Translations under genes and position numbers: made by a program | Source of the DNA: Octopus sinensis | Taxonomy: Eukaryota | Assembly: GCF_006345805.1 (NCBI RefSeq) | Contig: NC_043019.1 | Coordinates: 12,213,360 to 12,277,359 of the forward strand | Reading direction: 5' to 3' | DNA length: 64,000 nt | Shown: positions 12,556 through 26,295 of the stretch, in pieces | Layout: each line of letters opens with the position of its first letter | Position numbering within the stretch: position 1 is the stretch's first letter | The notes under the pieces: generated by a model | The model's database searches: none | The model's input: the letters and a program-made list of their open reading frames with translations, nothing else | What the model was told of the DNA's origin: nothing

Positions 12556-12840
12556 TTGTTATTATTATCATTATTATTATTATTATTATCATCATCATTA
12601 TTATTCCTACCTGGATAAGGCAGCAAGATGGCAGAATCATTAAGATGCTGGGGAAAAATGCTTAGTCATTATAGTTTGAGTTCAAATTCCACCAAGGTCA
12701 TTCTTTCGGGGTCAATAAAATAGGTCCCAGTTGAAAACTGAGGTTGATGTAATTGACTAATAATCCCTTCACCCCAAAATCTCAGGCCTTGTGCCTTTAG
12801 TAGAAAGGCTTTATTATCATCATCATCATCATCATTATTA

Positions 12841-12882
<42 letters not shown>

Positions 12883-13390
12883 GTGTCATTATTATCATTA
12901 TTGTTGTTGTTTGTTGTTATTGTTGGCAGAATTGTTACCACACCAAGCAAAAAGTGCGTAGTGGCATTTTATCCATCTTTACATTCTGAGTTCAAATTCT
13001 ACCGAGGTCGACTTTGCCTGTCATCCTTTCGGAGGTCAATAATTTAAGTACCAGTTGTGCATAGTGGCAAGAGTGGTGGGGTCAATGTAATGATTTCCCT
13101 CATTCCCCGAAGTTGCTTGACCCTTGTGCCAAAATCTGAAATCATTGTTTATACCACCAGTGTAAGCAAGCTTACGGAATCATTAAAATGGTCAGACAAA
13201 ATGCTGATAATTCATTTGGCTTCTTTACATTCAGAGTTCAAATGCTGCTGGGGTCAACATTGCCTTTCATCTTTCACAGTCAATAGAATAAAGTACCAGT
13301 CAAGTACTGGGGTCATTGCCTTGCCCCCTCTACTCAAAATTGCTGGCCCTTGCACCTGCAGTAGAAATGATTCTTCTTCTTCTTCTTCTT
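11071..13390 (+). repeat. About 1.2-kb tandem duplication (unit 1 11071-12271, unit 2 12272-~13390)
   Basis: Near-identical units starting cttctttcaattttgtttctattttttgccgggtg, with a 1201-bp period; the ORF track shows duplicated peptides. Confidence 0.95.
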
Positions 13391-13681
13391 CTTCTTCTTC
13401 TTCTTCTTCTTCTTCTTCTTCTTCTCAATTCTTCTTCAATTCTTTTTCATCATCATCATCATCATCATCTTCACTCTCTTCTTCTTCAATTCTTCTTTCT
13501 CACATTTCTTCTTCTTCTTCTTCTTCTTCAATCTTCAATTCTTCTTCATCATCATCATCTTCTTCTTCTTCTCTTCTTCAATTCTTCTTCATCATCATTT
13601 TCTTCTTCTTCTTCTTCTTCTTCTTCAATTCTTCAATTCTTCTTCATCATCATCATCTTCTTCTTCTTCTTCTTCTTCTTC

Positions 13682-13722
<41 letters not shown>

Positions 13723-13876
13723 TTATATATATAACTGTGTCCCAGAAAATGGTTTGGGGCAGTAAATTGTGGGAGGAAACATGACCATACCAGACAAGCT
13801 TTTGTTTTTTACCTGCACAAAGAATGGCTCCTATCTGCCAGCGTATTTGCTGATGTACACACACACACACACACAC

Positions 13877-13915
<39 letters not shown>

Positions 13916-14260
13916 AGACCCCCTTCAGTCATGAATGATCATAGGATTGCACCTAGAAAGTTACCCTCCGAGGCACAAGTCCGGGTCCGGGCAAGGTTGT
14001 CTATGGAAGGCCAGCAGTTGCTCATGCATACCGGCCTCCCCTCTCCATGCCACCAGTGTTATCCAAGGGAAAGGCAAAGGGGCCGATACAGCTTAGAACC
14101 AGTGACGTCACAACTCATTTCTACAGCTGAGTTAACTGGAGCAACGTGAAATAAAGTGCCTTGCTCAATAACACAACACACAGCCCGGTCCAGGAATCGA
14201 ACTCACAACCTCACAATCATAAGCTCAACACTGTAACCACTAAGCCATGTACCTTCACAC
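13916..14260 (-). mobile_element. Family D tRNA-derived SINE (Meta-domain-like)
   Basis: Head tggcttagtggtt...gagttcgattcc followed by ttgagcaaggcactttatttcacgttgctccagttaactcagctgtagaaatg, resembling the MetaSINE domain (recalled). Other copies: 49975-50290(-), 52228-52550(-), 58955-59245(+). Confidence 0.8.
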
Positions 14261-14513
14261 ACACACACACATATATATATATACATATAGATGAGGATGA
14301 TGATGATGCATTTCAGCCATCTTTACTTTCTTAGTTTAAATTCAGCCGAGGTCAACTTTGCCTTTCATCCTTTCAGGAGTCAATAAATTAAGTACCAGTC
14401 AAGTACTGGGGGTCAATGTGACTGACTTAACCCCTCCCCTACAAAATTTCAGGCCTTGTGCCTTTAGTAGAATAGAATGTGATTATTATTATCATTATTA
14501 TTATTATTATTAT

Positions 14514-15068
14514 AGATGTCGCACAGTATCCAATATCGTGAGATTGTTGATTGAAGATATTGTGTCTACCGGGGGTTTGAATTGTTTGTCAAGTCACAAC
14601 AAGGACCTCAGACAGACAGTACTCTACGCAATATGTGTGCAGTTCTAAATAACACCGAATTTTGCAATACACCCAGATAGTAGGGTATTTCTAAAGTTTT
14701 CAGGGGGGGGGGTTCGGATTGGGTGGTATTGAACCCAGTGCTCTGATGACAATAGGGATAACCTTTGTGTTCGATTCTCGTAGCCGCCACATCTTTACAA
14801 TCTCAATTCTCAGCTCTCCATATTTATCAACATTTTCTCTTTCTTTCATGATGATATATTGATCTCATGGCACTGCAACATCAATAATTAGGCACCCTTG
14901 TTTGTCCCTCCTAAATGTTACTATATCCGGCCTTCGATGCTCTAATGCCTTGTCCGTGTGGAAGTCAAAGTCCCAGAGGATTTTTGCCTTCCCCTTTTCA
15001 TCCATTATCTTTTCTGGTGTATATTGATACCAAGCACCTATAACCTCATATCCATACTTACAGCACTC
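14514..15068 (-). mobile_element. R4/Dong-like non-LTR retrotransposon 3' end (restriction-like endonuclease domain), decayed
   Basis: WYQYTPEKIMDEKGKAKILWDFDFHTDKALEHRRPDIV...LIIDVAVP*DQYIIMKERENVDKYGELRIEI..MW...KVIPIVIRALG...LQNSVLFRTAHILRRVLSV*. This is the PD-(D/E)xK RLE C-terminus, with one in-frame stop and one frameshift (G-run ~14702). The 3' end abuts (TAA)n at 14482-14513. Confidence 0.85.
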
Positions 15069-17219
15069 AACACAGTCTCTTAAGTGGTTGGCATTAGGAA
15101 GGGCATCCAGCCATAGAAACCTTGTCACAACAGACAGTTGGTGTCTGGACAGCTCCCTGCTAGCCAGCCCCATGTCAAACCATCCAACCTATGCCATCAC
15201 AGAAAGCAGACATTAAACGATGACGATGAGGATGATGACCCAGGGTAGCAAGCTGGCAGAATCGTTAAAGTGTCAGACAAAATGCTTATTGGTACGTCTG
15301 CTGGCTTTACGTTGTGAGTTCAAATGCTACTGAGGTTGACTTTGCCTTACACTCTTTCGTGGTTGATAAAATAAAGTACCAATCAAGTACTGGGGTTAGT
15401 ATAATCAACTTACCCCCTTTACACAAAAATTGCTCACTTTGTGCCAAAATTAGAAAGAATTATTATTATTATTATTATCATTATTATTATTCTTTTCTAA
15501 TTTTGGGGGAGGGGGCCAGTTAATTAGATCGACTCCAGTACACAACTGGTACTTAATTTATCAACCCCGGAAAGATGAAAGGCAAAGTCAACCTTGGCGG
15601 AATTTGAACTCAGAATGTAACGGCAGACGAAATACCACTAATCACTTCGCCCAGCATTCTAATGTTTCTTATTTATTTATTGCCCACAAGGGCCTAAACA
15701 TAGATAGACAAAGGGATTACGTCGATTACATCAACCCCGTGCTTAACTGGTACTTATTTAATTGACCCCGAAAGGATGAAAGGCAAAGTTGACCTCGGTG
15801 GAATTTGAACTCAGAACGTAGCGGCAGACAAAATACCACTAAGCATTTCGCCTGGCGTGCTAACGTTTCTGCCAGCTCACCGCCTTGCCATCATTATCAT
15901 TACCATCATCATCATTAGTAGTGACACCAGTTTACATCGGCTTTCCAGATTGGCATGGTTTGGACAGGACATCATGTTCCAAGTCGGCTCTTACTCTCTG
16001 TCACTGCCTCCTGGTCATGTCAAAGCATCATGTCTCTCTCTCTCTCTCTCTCCAACTGGTTTCTACAGCCAGATACCCACCTCGACACTGGCTACTTTAC
16101 AGAGCATGCTGACACCAGCACCAGTGAGGTTGTCATGTTTTCAACAAGACCACTGCAATGTACCGACTGAACTTATGTCATAAAGGTACTGCACTCTCTC
16201 TCTCACACATAGACACACACACAAACATACATGACATCCACGTGTGTGTGTGTGTGTGTGTGTATTGTGTACACACATACGTGCATACATGATTACATAT
16301 ATACCTGTAGAGAGAAAAATGGGCCCTACAGGTGATACATATACATACTAAAACGCACATGTTATACGTCACCTATATGTAGGTTTACACACACACACAG
16401 ACACACACACACACACACACACAACACACACATATATATGTTGGTAAGTGTGACAGGGAATAACGACGAACTATTGCTAAGAGAACTAAAAGTGAACTGA
16501 TATAACCAGCCTCGTTCCTGAAGGGAAGTCTGTTGAAAGAGAAAAAAAAAATCAATGAAAAAAAGAAACAAATATATCTAAAATAAATATATATAACATA
16601 AACTCCCCAAATATAACAGAAGCTATAAGTACACACGAACACACACATACACATACATGCATCACTCACATATACTTAAGTACACACATGTTTGCATACA
16701 CACACAGACATCTGCATATATATATATATATATATGTACACACACGCACTGACTTACACATACACGCATAAGCACAAGCACACACACATCTGTATATAGA
16801 TATATATATGTGTACACACACGCACTGACTTACACACACACGCACAAGCACACGCACACACACACACACATACATACGTACACGTATATGTATCACATAC
16901 ACGCATTAAAACCCATCATCTGCCTCCCCTTCCCACCTTCACCACCGAACCAGTCGGCGAGCTCTGATTGGTCGAGCTATCCGTGTCGTCATAAGCATTG
17001 TATGATGGCGCCTTGTGTTGGACTTCCCGTTTCACTCGAGGTGGAAAGTTAAGATGACTTTGAAGGTATTGTTCAGAAAAAAAACAAAAACAAACCGTTA
17101 TATATATGCACATATTTATTCCCTTAATTGATCCTGTCACTTTTGATTGCTTCCATAACATATGTCTCTCCCGATCACGCATTCATTCATTCCATATTTA
17201 TATACAATTATACACATAC

Positions 17220-17273
<54 letters not shown>

Positions 17274-17531
17274 GTATATATATATGTATAATTGTATATG
17301 TATGGATGTCTAGAAGTGCTCCCTCTTAATTGGAATTTTGTTGTTTAAAGTATTATTCATTATGATGGTGATTATTATTATTATTAGTTATTTACTTTGT
17401 TAATGTGGGTTTTTTTTGGTGTTGGGTGGGTGAATGGATTCGATAGGGCGAAGGTGGGATGGCGGGAGATGTTAGTTTCTTATTCGTTCCACGCTTTTGT
17501 TAGCTTTATATGTACGTCTCTGTGTGTGTGA

Positions 17532-17570
<39 letters not shown>

Positions 17571-17847
17571 CACATGTGTATATATATATATATGTATGTA
17601 TGTGTACGTACATCACTAAGTGATACAGACATGCTTATGTATAGTTGAAGGTACATATAAATACAGATAGATATATACATAGTGATATATATGTATGTAT
17701 GTATATATATATATATGTATGTGTATATGTACGTATGTCTCAAAGTGATACAGACATGCTTATGTATAGATGAAGGGTTGAAGGTACATATAAATACAGA
17801 TAGATATATACATAGTCATATATATTTATATATATATATATACGTGA

Positions 17848-17881
<34 letters not shown>

Positions 17882-18740
17882 GTATATACAGACATAGAGG
17901 ATGGATTATATATATATATATTCACGTATATACACGCACATAAGTACAGACAGGTACGTGTATGCGTGATGTACCAATCCGTTTCATGTCTGTCTATCTG
18001 TCTCACCATCTCTTGTTTGTGTGTGTGTTAGTTCCTGAGTAGTGTCTCATTTTTTTCTCTTCTTTCAGTCGGTCTTCATGTTGATCATTCATGATGCCAA
18101 AGAAAATCTTGCTCTCTGCCATCCGTTCTATTTCTTCCTTGTGTGTGTCTGTCTCTCTCTATATATATATACTTGTATACATTTCTATCACTTTCTATAT
18201 ATATTTCCCTATCTCTGTGTATATATACCTTCCGTCCCTCCCTCTTTCTATATGTCTGTCAGCTTATATATTCCTATCTCTCTCTATATATATCCCTATC
18301 TGCACGTACGTATGTGTCTGTCTATTTATCTATATTTTATGTGCCTTCAATCCCTCTATCTTTCTATCTGTCCATACCTGCTTATATATTCCTATCTGTC
18401 TCTATATACACTTCCTTATCTGTCTATGTCTTCACCTACCTACATACCGACCTATCTCTACATGTTTTTATATATCTATACACCTATCTGTCTCCGTACC
18501 AATGTATGTATGTATCTATCTATCTATCTATCTATCTCCACCACCTATTTCTATCTCAAATATATTTAAACCTGTTCCTATTCACGTTTATCTCTAACCA
18601 TCTGTCTATCTATTTCTGATTCTCTCCAGATCTGACTCTCTTTAGCAATCTGTCTGCCTACATCTGTCATATAAAATATATATATATATATAGTGTGTGT
18701 GTGTTTTGGGTGTATGAATAGGTAAATAAATGACCGTGTC

Positions 18741-18792
<52 letters not shown>

Positions 18793-19946
18793 TATACACA
18801 CATACATAGACACAGTGTATTTATAAAGGCGGTGTCAAAAACAACCCAAAAAATAAAAGCACCCGTCTCATTAATTTACTGCCGTAACGATGATTTTTTC
18901 CCCCTAATTTTATTCATATATTTAATCTGGAACATATCTCGGTATTTAATGAATGGGTTATATATATATATATACATATATATATTGTGTGTGTGTGTGT
19001 GTTTCATTCATGCGTAGGGAATGAAAAGGAGTGAATATCACCAAAAAGGTGTGAGTGTGTCTATGTTAAATGGCAAATAAGTATGTAATAATAGGATATA
19101 GAATACTTTGCTATAGACGATATCAGCTAATATTCTCTTGCCAATAAGGTTAACTCATATTATACATACGTAACGCACACATATATATATGTACTCAAGG
19201 ATTCTAGCTATTTTTCTGGAACCTTTTGTCTTTTATATTAAGTAAATCAATTGTGTCCCACCTCGTTTCTTTTCAGTCTTTAAAAAAAAAAACTCTGAAT
19301 GCTATAACTAATAATAATGAAAATAATAACACAATTGAAAGCCGTTTGGAGGTGTGTGTGTGATTATATATACATATAATATTTATTATATACGCAAACG
19401 TATACATATATGTCTATAAGCGAAGTCTCTGCCTTTTTTCATTCATGCATAGATGGATATTGTATGTGTTGGTTGCTTCTAAATGATTTCTGTAGTCTAT
19501 TTATTGTTAGTTTGGCTTTTCTCTGCTTAGATATATTCTGAACCAGTTCACCCCATATTTCCAAAACAAAAAAAAATGCTTATCTGAATAAGCTTGAACT
19601 GTCTGTGCGTATATATACATACATACATGGGCGGTGCGTGTGTATAAATGTTTGAACAAATAAGCATACTTGTTTGTTTGTGTGTGTGTGTGTATATATA
19701 TGGATGTATGCATATGTGTTTGTATGTATGACTGGTGTTTGCATGTAGCTATATGCATGTATGTTTATAGTTACTCATGTTGAAGTACCAGTAATTTCTC
19801 TGTGGATAATTGGTTAACGAACGGTAGGAGTTATTATATTTTTGCCCATGTCTTCCTTACATGATGTGGAGTAGTTTAAAAGAACTTTCGAGTTCACTTT
19901 TGACTCTACCGGCCACTTGTTTTACGTATCTCTGAGCTTGCACATC

Positions 19947-19977
<31 letters not shown>

Positions 19978-20516
19978 TATATATATACATGTTCTCTCTG
20001 TACACATTTACATTGATATAAAAACGTTCTATATTGCATAAAGGAGAAAATATCTGTAAATATGCGTAACTATATGAAGTGAAAAATGCTGGTCCTACTC
20101 TTAAAAATGACCCTCACCCCTAAAAATACAAAAAAGAAAATCTTCGGACATAATATACTTCTTGTTGATAGAATTTTCCTACTTAATAGGTATTTTATAC
20201 ATTCATTTCCTATATTATATACACTATCACATTGAAACGAATATATACTTCCTGTCTAATTTTGTCACATCTGTTCAAGGGTTATACATGAAAAATCTCC
20301 CACAAAACCATTCATTTCAATATTATGCCATCGCGATTAAGAAACGGTGAGAGACGATGCGATGTTGGAGAAATTATTTAATTCTTTTTCTTTTGTTTTG
20401 TTCCCTACTTTATTCTAAGAATAATTGATGTTTTTGTCTTAATTTTTTATTTCGTTCGTAACGAGGGCAACTTTGTACGTAGTAGATAAAGTGCGAAATT
20501 CATTCATATATATATG

Positions 20517-20547
<31 letters not shown>

Positions 20548-23334
20548 ATATGACTTGGGAACGGAGAATGCAAAGTTGTGGTGGTCATTACTTGTTTTTC
20601 TTCTTCGTTTTCCTTGTGGTGTTCCATTTTTTAAAAAATATCGTTGTTTGTGAAGTACGTTTTTAAAGAGAAACGAATCGAAATGGTTTCTCAATACCGG
20701 TAGCTGAACAAAACTGGGTCGCACACTTTCACCCGGTTCGATCATGAATGAACCCAGGGCGATCATAAGAAGCAGATTCTTCTGATAAAGAAAAGAATTC
20801 TTTTTAAATAATTTTTTTTTCTACTACGTTAAGACCGTCGGTAAGGATGTAATCGATCGAATCGGGACTCCATCCCCCAAATTCTTATTTTGTTTTTTTT
20901 ATTGATTACGGAATAATGGTGACAAAATAAAGCCGGTTAGGATAGGGGCTGGAACTTAAAAAAAAGGTAAAAGGGGGAAAAAAAACCCCACTCTTAAAGG
21001 GGACGTAACTAAATATATAATGGCAAGGCATGTCACCGGAGTCTCGGCTTGGCCTTTTTCATTCATCCAGGTTCGTTTGGTGTAAGTTAAGGCTGCTACT
21101 TAACTCGGAAGTAGTCTTGAGAGTGGCCAGTGGTTTGAACTCCAGAAGAAGAATAAAATAAAATAAAATAAAAAACAAAAGCGACCAGAAACGAGCATGC
21201 ATGACACTTGTTGGTGGTGATGCTGCTGGTGGTGGTGGTGGTAACGGTGGTGATAGCGCAAACAGAGCCCGGACGTGACCGGACTTAATTGGTCCGGAAT
21301 CCAGGAACCTACCTGAAAAATACCAGGCACTTATTTTATTATCGAGTTTTTATTTCTCACACAGTGTCTTCTTAGTGGTTGCGTCTTTCATTAAGTCTTG
21401 GTTTCAACGTTAATTGCCATTCTTCCGGTAAGTCGATATACAAGGATCTATATATAATGTTTTGGCTTTTGTTACAAATATCCTTTCTCCTTTCTTAGAA
21501 AAGACCCTAAGTGCTTTGATGTATGTATGTGTATGCATGCAAGCGCATACATACATACATACATATATTATTGTGCGCCTGCATGCAAATTTTCCTTTTT
21601 CATTAAGGAAGGTGTTTACTCAATCCTTTGATGTTCGTCTTTTCTTTCTTATCGACATAATTAGGCTAAGTAAATTGGCACGACGTTCGGGGTTCGAACC
21701 GAAGCCGAAAAGTCTCGGCCGCAAACTCAGCTTCAAGGCAGTTTTTCTATCTGCTGGTCTAAGGTACCGGAGAAAGGGAAATTTGAAGTAGGGAGGGGGG
21801 GGGGGTAAGGGGCACGGCTAGACCGGTTGTGTGGGCAACGACCCAGGTTTATTTATTTTATTTATTACGCTGGACTTTCCAAATTACCATTTTCGTCATA
21901 TTTTGCTTTGGAGTCGCTTTTATTGAGCGTCACAATTCGCTTCCGCTTAAGTTGTCTTTATATAGACCAAACAGGAGCTTTAATAGGCTTCTGTTAGGCG
22001 TGTATATAAAAAAAACTTAATCATCGTTTTGTCTATGTGTGTGTTTATATATATATATATACATACATACATACACGCGCGCTTTGGGCGCCTGTCCTGT
22101 GGGCAATCTACCGACCTAGCTATTTTCTCGAAGCTACTTCTCGTTTCTCATAAAAAAATGTTCGTCTCATTTATTTGTTTTATGAAGATTGTTGTTGCTG
22201 TTGTTCCTGTTCTTGTTAACTGACTTAACGACACTTTAAAAAGAAAAGTTCCGGTTTATGGCAAGCACCTAAGTGGGTGTTGGTGGCGGTGGGAACGCTA
22301 GTAGTCTGTAGTAGATTTCGTGCTTTTTTCCTTCTCTTTCTTTCCTGGCGATGATAATAATAATAATAATAATAATAGTAATAATAATGTCGAAGATGAA
22401 GCTCCGGCTTTCTCTCTTATATATTTTGCGATTTGTGTTTAATGCTAATTACAGTGATAACGATCGTTAATGCTTTGTTTAAGCGAGTTGAATTAAAAAA
22501 CGAAATTGTTTACGTTTGCCTTAAATATGTTTGGGTCTGTGTCTGTGCATATTTAAACTCTTCACCACTCAGACAAGATCCACTTATGTTGTTGTTGTTA
22601 TTGTTGCTTGTTGTTTATCCCACCCCCATCAGGTCAGCTCTGGCCGGGCAGACCCTGTGATCAACGGCGCTCCAACATTGACTATTCCACCGATTCTCTC
22701 TTCTTCCCTTCTTCACACACAGTCAACTGCGTTATTCTAATGCATCTTCCTCTTTATATATATATATATATATATATAAACCGGTAGGGTATGATTTGAG
22801 GCAAGAGATGAGAGTAGATTTTTGTGGCTGCTATTTCTAGCGAATCCAATAACCACACACACTTTCTCGATAGCTCGAAAACACGTTGATTTTATATTAT
22901 TTATATTTTTTCAAATTTGAATAATGATAATAATAATAATAATTCCATCGCGAATATATTCGATGTTCTTCCCGCAAAAGTACATGCCGAAGAGCAAGTG
23001 CCCGTGTGTTGAATATAATATACACACGGCAGATGGCAAAATTCAGCTATGGATAAATGAATGCTTTACCATTTTTAATGACATAAGGAACCAAGGCACA
23101 ATACTTAAACCTGTCTTTATAGTCTCTCTCCATGGGTTTTGATATTGTTAAAGAAAATTGCTCTCCTAAATAACTGAATTTGCAGTCTATTGTGTGTTGT
23201 TGTTATTATCATCATTATTGCTGCTGAGGTTGTCTTGTCTTTCATCTGTTCGGGGTCAATGTAATCGATTGGCACCCTCCCCGCAAAATTTCAGACCTTG
23301 AGCCTATTATAGAAAGGGTTATTATTATTATTGT

Positions 23335-23845
23335 TAAGGCGGCGAGCTGGCAGAATCGTTAGCACGCCGGGCGAAATGCTTAGTGACATTTCATCTGCCG
23401 CTACGTTCTGAGTTCAAATTCCGCCGAGATCGACTTTGCCTTTCATCCATTCAGGTTCGATAAATTAAGTACCAGTTATGCACTGGAATCGATGTAATCG
23501 ACCAGTCCCTTGTCCCTAAATTTCTTGAGCACTAGAGTCGATGCAATCGACTGAATAATCTCCTCCCGTGAAATCGCTGGCCTTGTTCCAAAATCTGTAA
23601 CTTATCCTTAATAAGGTGACGAACTGGCAGAACCGTTAGCATGCTGGGCAAAATGCTTGCCAACATTTCGTCTGTGTGTACGTTCTGAGTTCAAATTTCG
23701 CTGAGGTAGATTTCGCCTTTCATCTTTTGCGGGGTCGATGAAATAAGTATCATTTGAACACTGGGGTCAAGGTAACCAACTTGCACCCTTCCCCACCAAA
23801 TTTCCGGCCTTGTGCCTATAGTAGAAAGAATTATTATTATTATAG
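23335..23845 (+). mobile_element. Head-to-tail family A SINE array
   Basis: Heads at ~23338 and ~23633, separated and followed by ATT-type tails. Confidence 0.85.
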
Positions 23846-24904
23846 CCTTTGATCCTGGTTCTTAAAAATTCAGACGTTCTGGAACTTCCCAGGTGAACTT
23901 GTTCTTTATATTTATACAAGTGTGTATATGCACTCCCATCTTTGTGTATGTTTATTTATATATATATATATATGATCACTTACACAAGTATGAGAGCACA
24001 AATGTGTATAAATATACTTTGTTATTTAGCCCTAAGTCAACTCTGAGCAGAACTTATAGTTAAAGACGTTCCAACCATGACCAACTTGTCCTTTTTTTAA
24101 AGATGATTGATGTGTGATTGTGAGAGAGATATGACTGCTATTTCTAACTTTTCTAGTGAATACATAACGTAAAAAAAAAAAATAGGTGCTAGAGTGGCTG
24201 TGTGGTAAGTAGCTTGCTTCCAGGTTCAGTCCCACTGCATGGCACCGTGGGCAAGTGTCTTCTACTATAGCCTTGGGCCAACCAAAGCCTTTTGAGTGGA
24301 TTCAGTAGACAGAAACTGAAAGAAGCCTGTTGTATATATTTATGTGTGTTTGTGTGTATTTGTTCCACCATCACTACTTGATAACTGGTGTTGGTGTGTT
24401 TACATCCTCATAACTTAGTGGTTTGGGAAAAGAGACTGATAGAGTAAGTACCGGGCTTTAATAAAATAAGTCCTGGGGTCGATTTGTTTGACTAAAAGCC
24501 ATCAAAATGGTGCTCCAGCTTGGCTGCAGTTAAGAGACTGAAGGAAGTAAAAGAATGAAAAATAAAAGAATTACTGTCTCTGGTTCTGAGACTCACAGGG
24601 CTGGTTACTCAGTTTCCATGGATACAAGTGACTAAGATTACAGCACCGTCCCTCAGTGAGATGCCAGTCCATCACAGAGTTACTCATGTTTGCCAGCTGA
24701 GTGGACTGGAGCAAGATGAAATGAAGTGTTTTGCTCAAGAACGCAATACACTGCCTGGTCCAAGAATTGATACCACAGTCTTGTGATCGTGAGCGCAAAC
24801 ATCGTAACCACTAGGTCATGCGCCTGCTTGGCCACATAGAGAGGAAACCTTGTAAGTCTGTGTGACCCATTATTGGAAAACCTTATCTGTTGTTTGCTTT
24901 TGCT

Positions 24905-25273
24905 GGTTTGTTTGTTGAGTGAAGCGGTCTTCGTCCCAGTGGGAGAAGTCCGAAACGTGGTCCTCTGCTATTCGTAAGACCCGCAGAAGAGAAAGCAGGT
25001 CAACCCCTGACACCGAGAGCATCTACGGATGGATGAATGCGCATCCAGGCTCAGCATTGCGTAGGAAGTCGGGGACAAGAAACAGGAAGAAAGAGTGAGA
25101 GAAAGTTGGGGCAAAAGAGTACAACAGGGGTCGCCACCACCCCCTGCCGGAGCCTTGTGGAGCTTTAGGTATTTTCGCTCAATAAACACACACAATGCCC
25201 AGTCTGGGAATCGAAACCGCGATCCTCCGACCACGAGTCCGCTACCCTAACCATTGGGCCATTGGGCCTCCAC
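24905..25273 (-). mobile_element. Family C SINE, tail variant 2
   Basis: Head gtggaggcccaatggcccaatggttaggg...ggtttcgattcc; tail ...gaagaccgcttcactcaacaaacaaac. Confidence 0.85.
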
Positions 25274-26295
25274 TTGCTTTATCTGGTCATGAATAGGACT
25301 GATATATATGTGATGGTTTTTATAGTATGAGTGTATCTTTTACTTGTTTCAATCATTAGATTGCGACCATGTTAAGAAACTGCCATGAAGAATCTTTAGT
25401 TGAATGAATTGATATCCTAGTACTTATTTTTTGTTAAGCCTGGTACTTAGTTTATCATTCTTTTTTGCTGAACTGCTAAGTTACAGGGACATAAACACAT
25501 CCACACCAATTGTCAAATGGTACTGGGGTACAAACACAGATACAGACACATGCACATTGAGAGAGATATACTCATTCTATTTTTATCTTTTGCTGACCCA
25601 CCAAGTTATGGGGACGTAAACACACCAACAACAGTTGTCAGGCAGCAGTGACACACACATGCACAAGACAGGCTTCTTTCAGTTTCCAGCCACCAAATCC
25701 ACTCGCAAGGCTTTGGTTGGTCGAAGGCTATAGTTGAAGACGCGTGCCCATGGTGTCGTGTGATTGGGAAGCAAGCTTTTTACCACACTGCCTCACCTAC
25801 ATCTATTCCTTTGTTCTTTAATATGTTTCAGCCCTGGGGCTGTGGCCATGCTGTAGCACCACATATATATTTCCAGTACATTTTTGTGTTCAGTTTTTAA
25901 TGGGAAGTGGCAGGTATATAATTAAAGTAAATTATAATATCACCATTATTTAATGTCTGTTTTCCATGTTGACATAGGTTGGATGGTTCAAGAGGAATCG
26001 GACAAATCTGAGGACTGTGCCAAGCGCCACTCTCTGCTTCGGCATGGTTTCTATGAGGGAATAACCTTAACCCCTTTTGCATTCAAATTTTTCTGACAAA
26101 TGCAATGCTCATTCATTCACATTGTTTTGAATTGATCAAACTGATAAACTGGTGCTTATTTTCTTGGCACCGAAAAAGATGAAAGACAAAATTGACATTG
26201 GCGGAATTTGAACTCAGACTGTAAATACGGATGTGATGCTCCTAAGTGTTTTGCCCTGTGTGGTAACAGTTCTGCCTGCTCAATGCCTTTTTCAT

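Noticed and set aside
13057-13765. 225-aa and 149-aa ORFs
   Set aside because: SINE remnant plus (CTT)n/(CAT)n/(ATT)n repeats.
21050-21200. Minus-strand signal-peptide-like ORF MHARFWSLLFFILFYFILLLEF...
   Set aside because: The hydrophobic stretch is the (TTTTA)n repeat; the ORF is short, with no donor or homology.
21305-21330. Recursive-splice-like YnAG|GT sites (21316 and 16308 on minus; 34360 and 58657 on plus)
   Set aside because: Expected by chance in T-rich DNA, and no established host intron exists for them.
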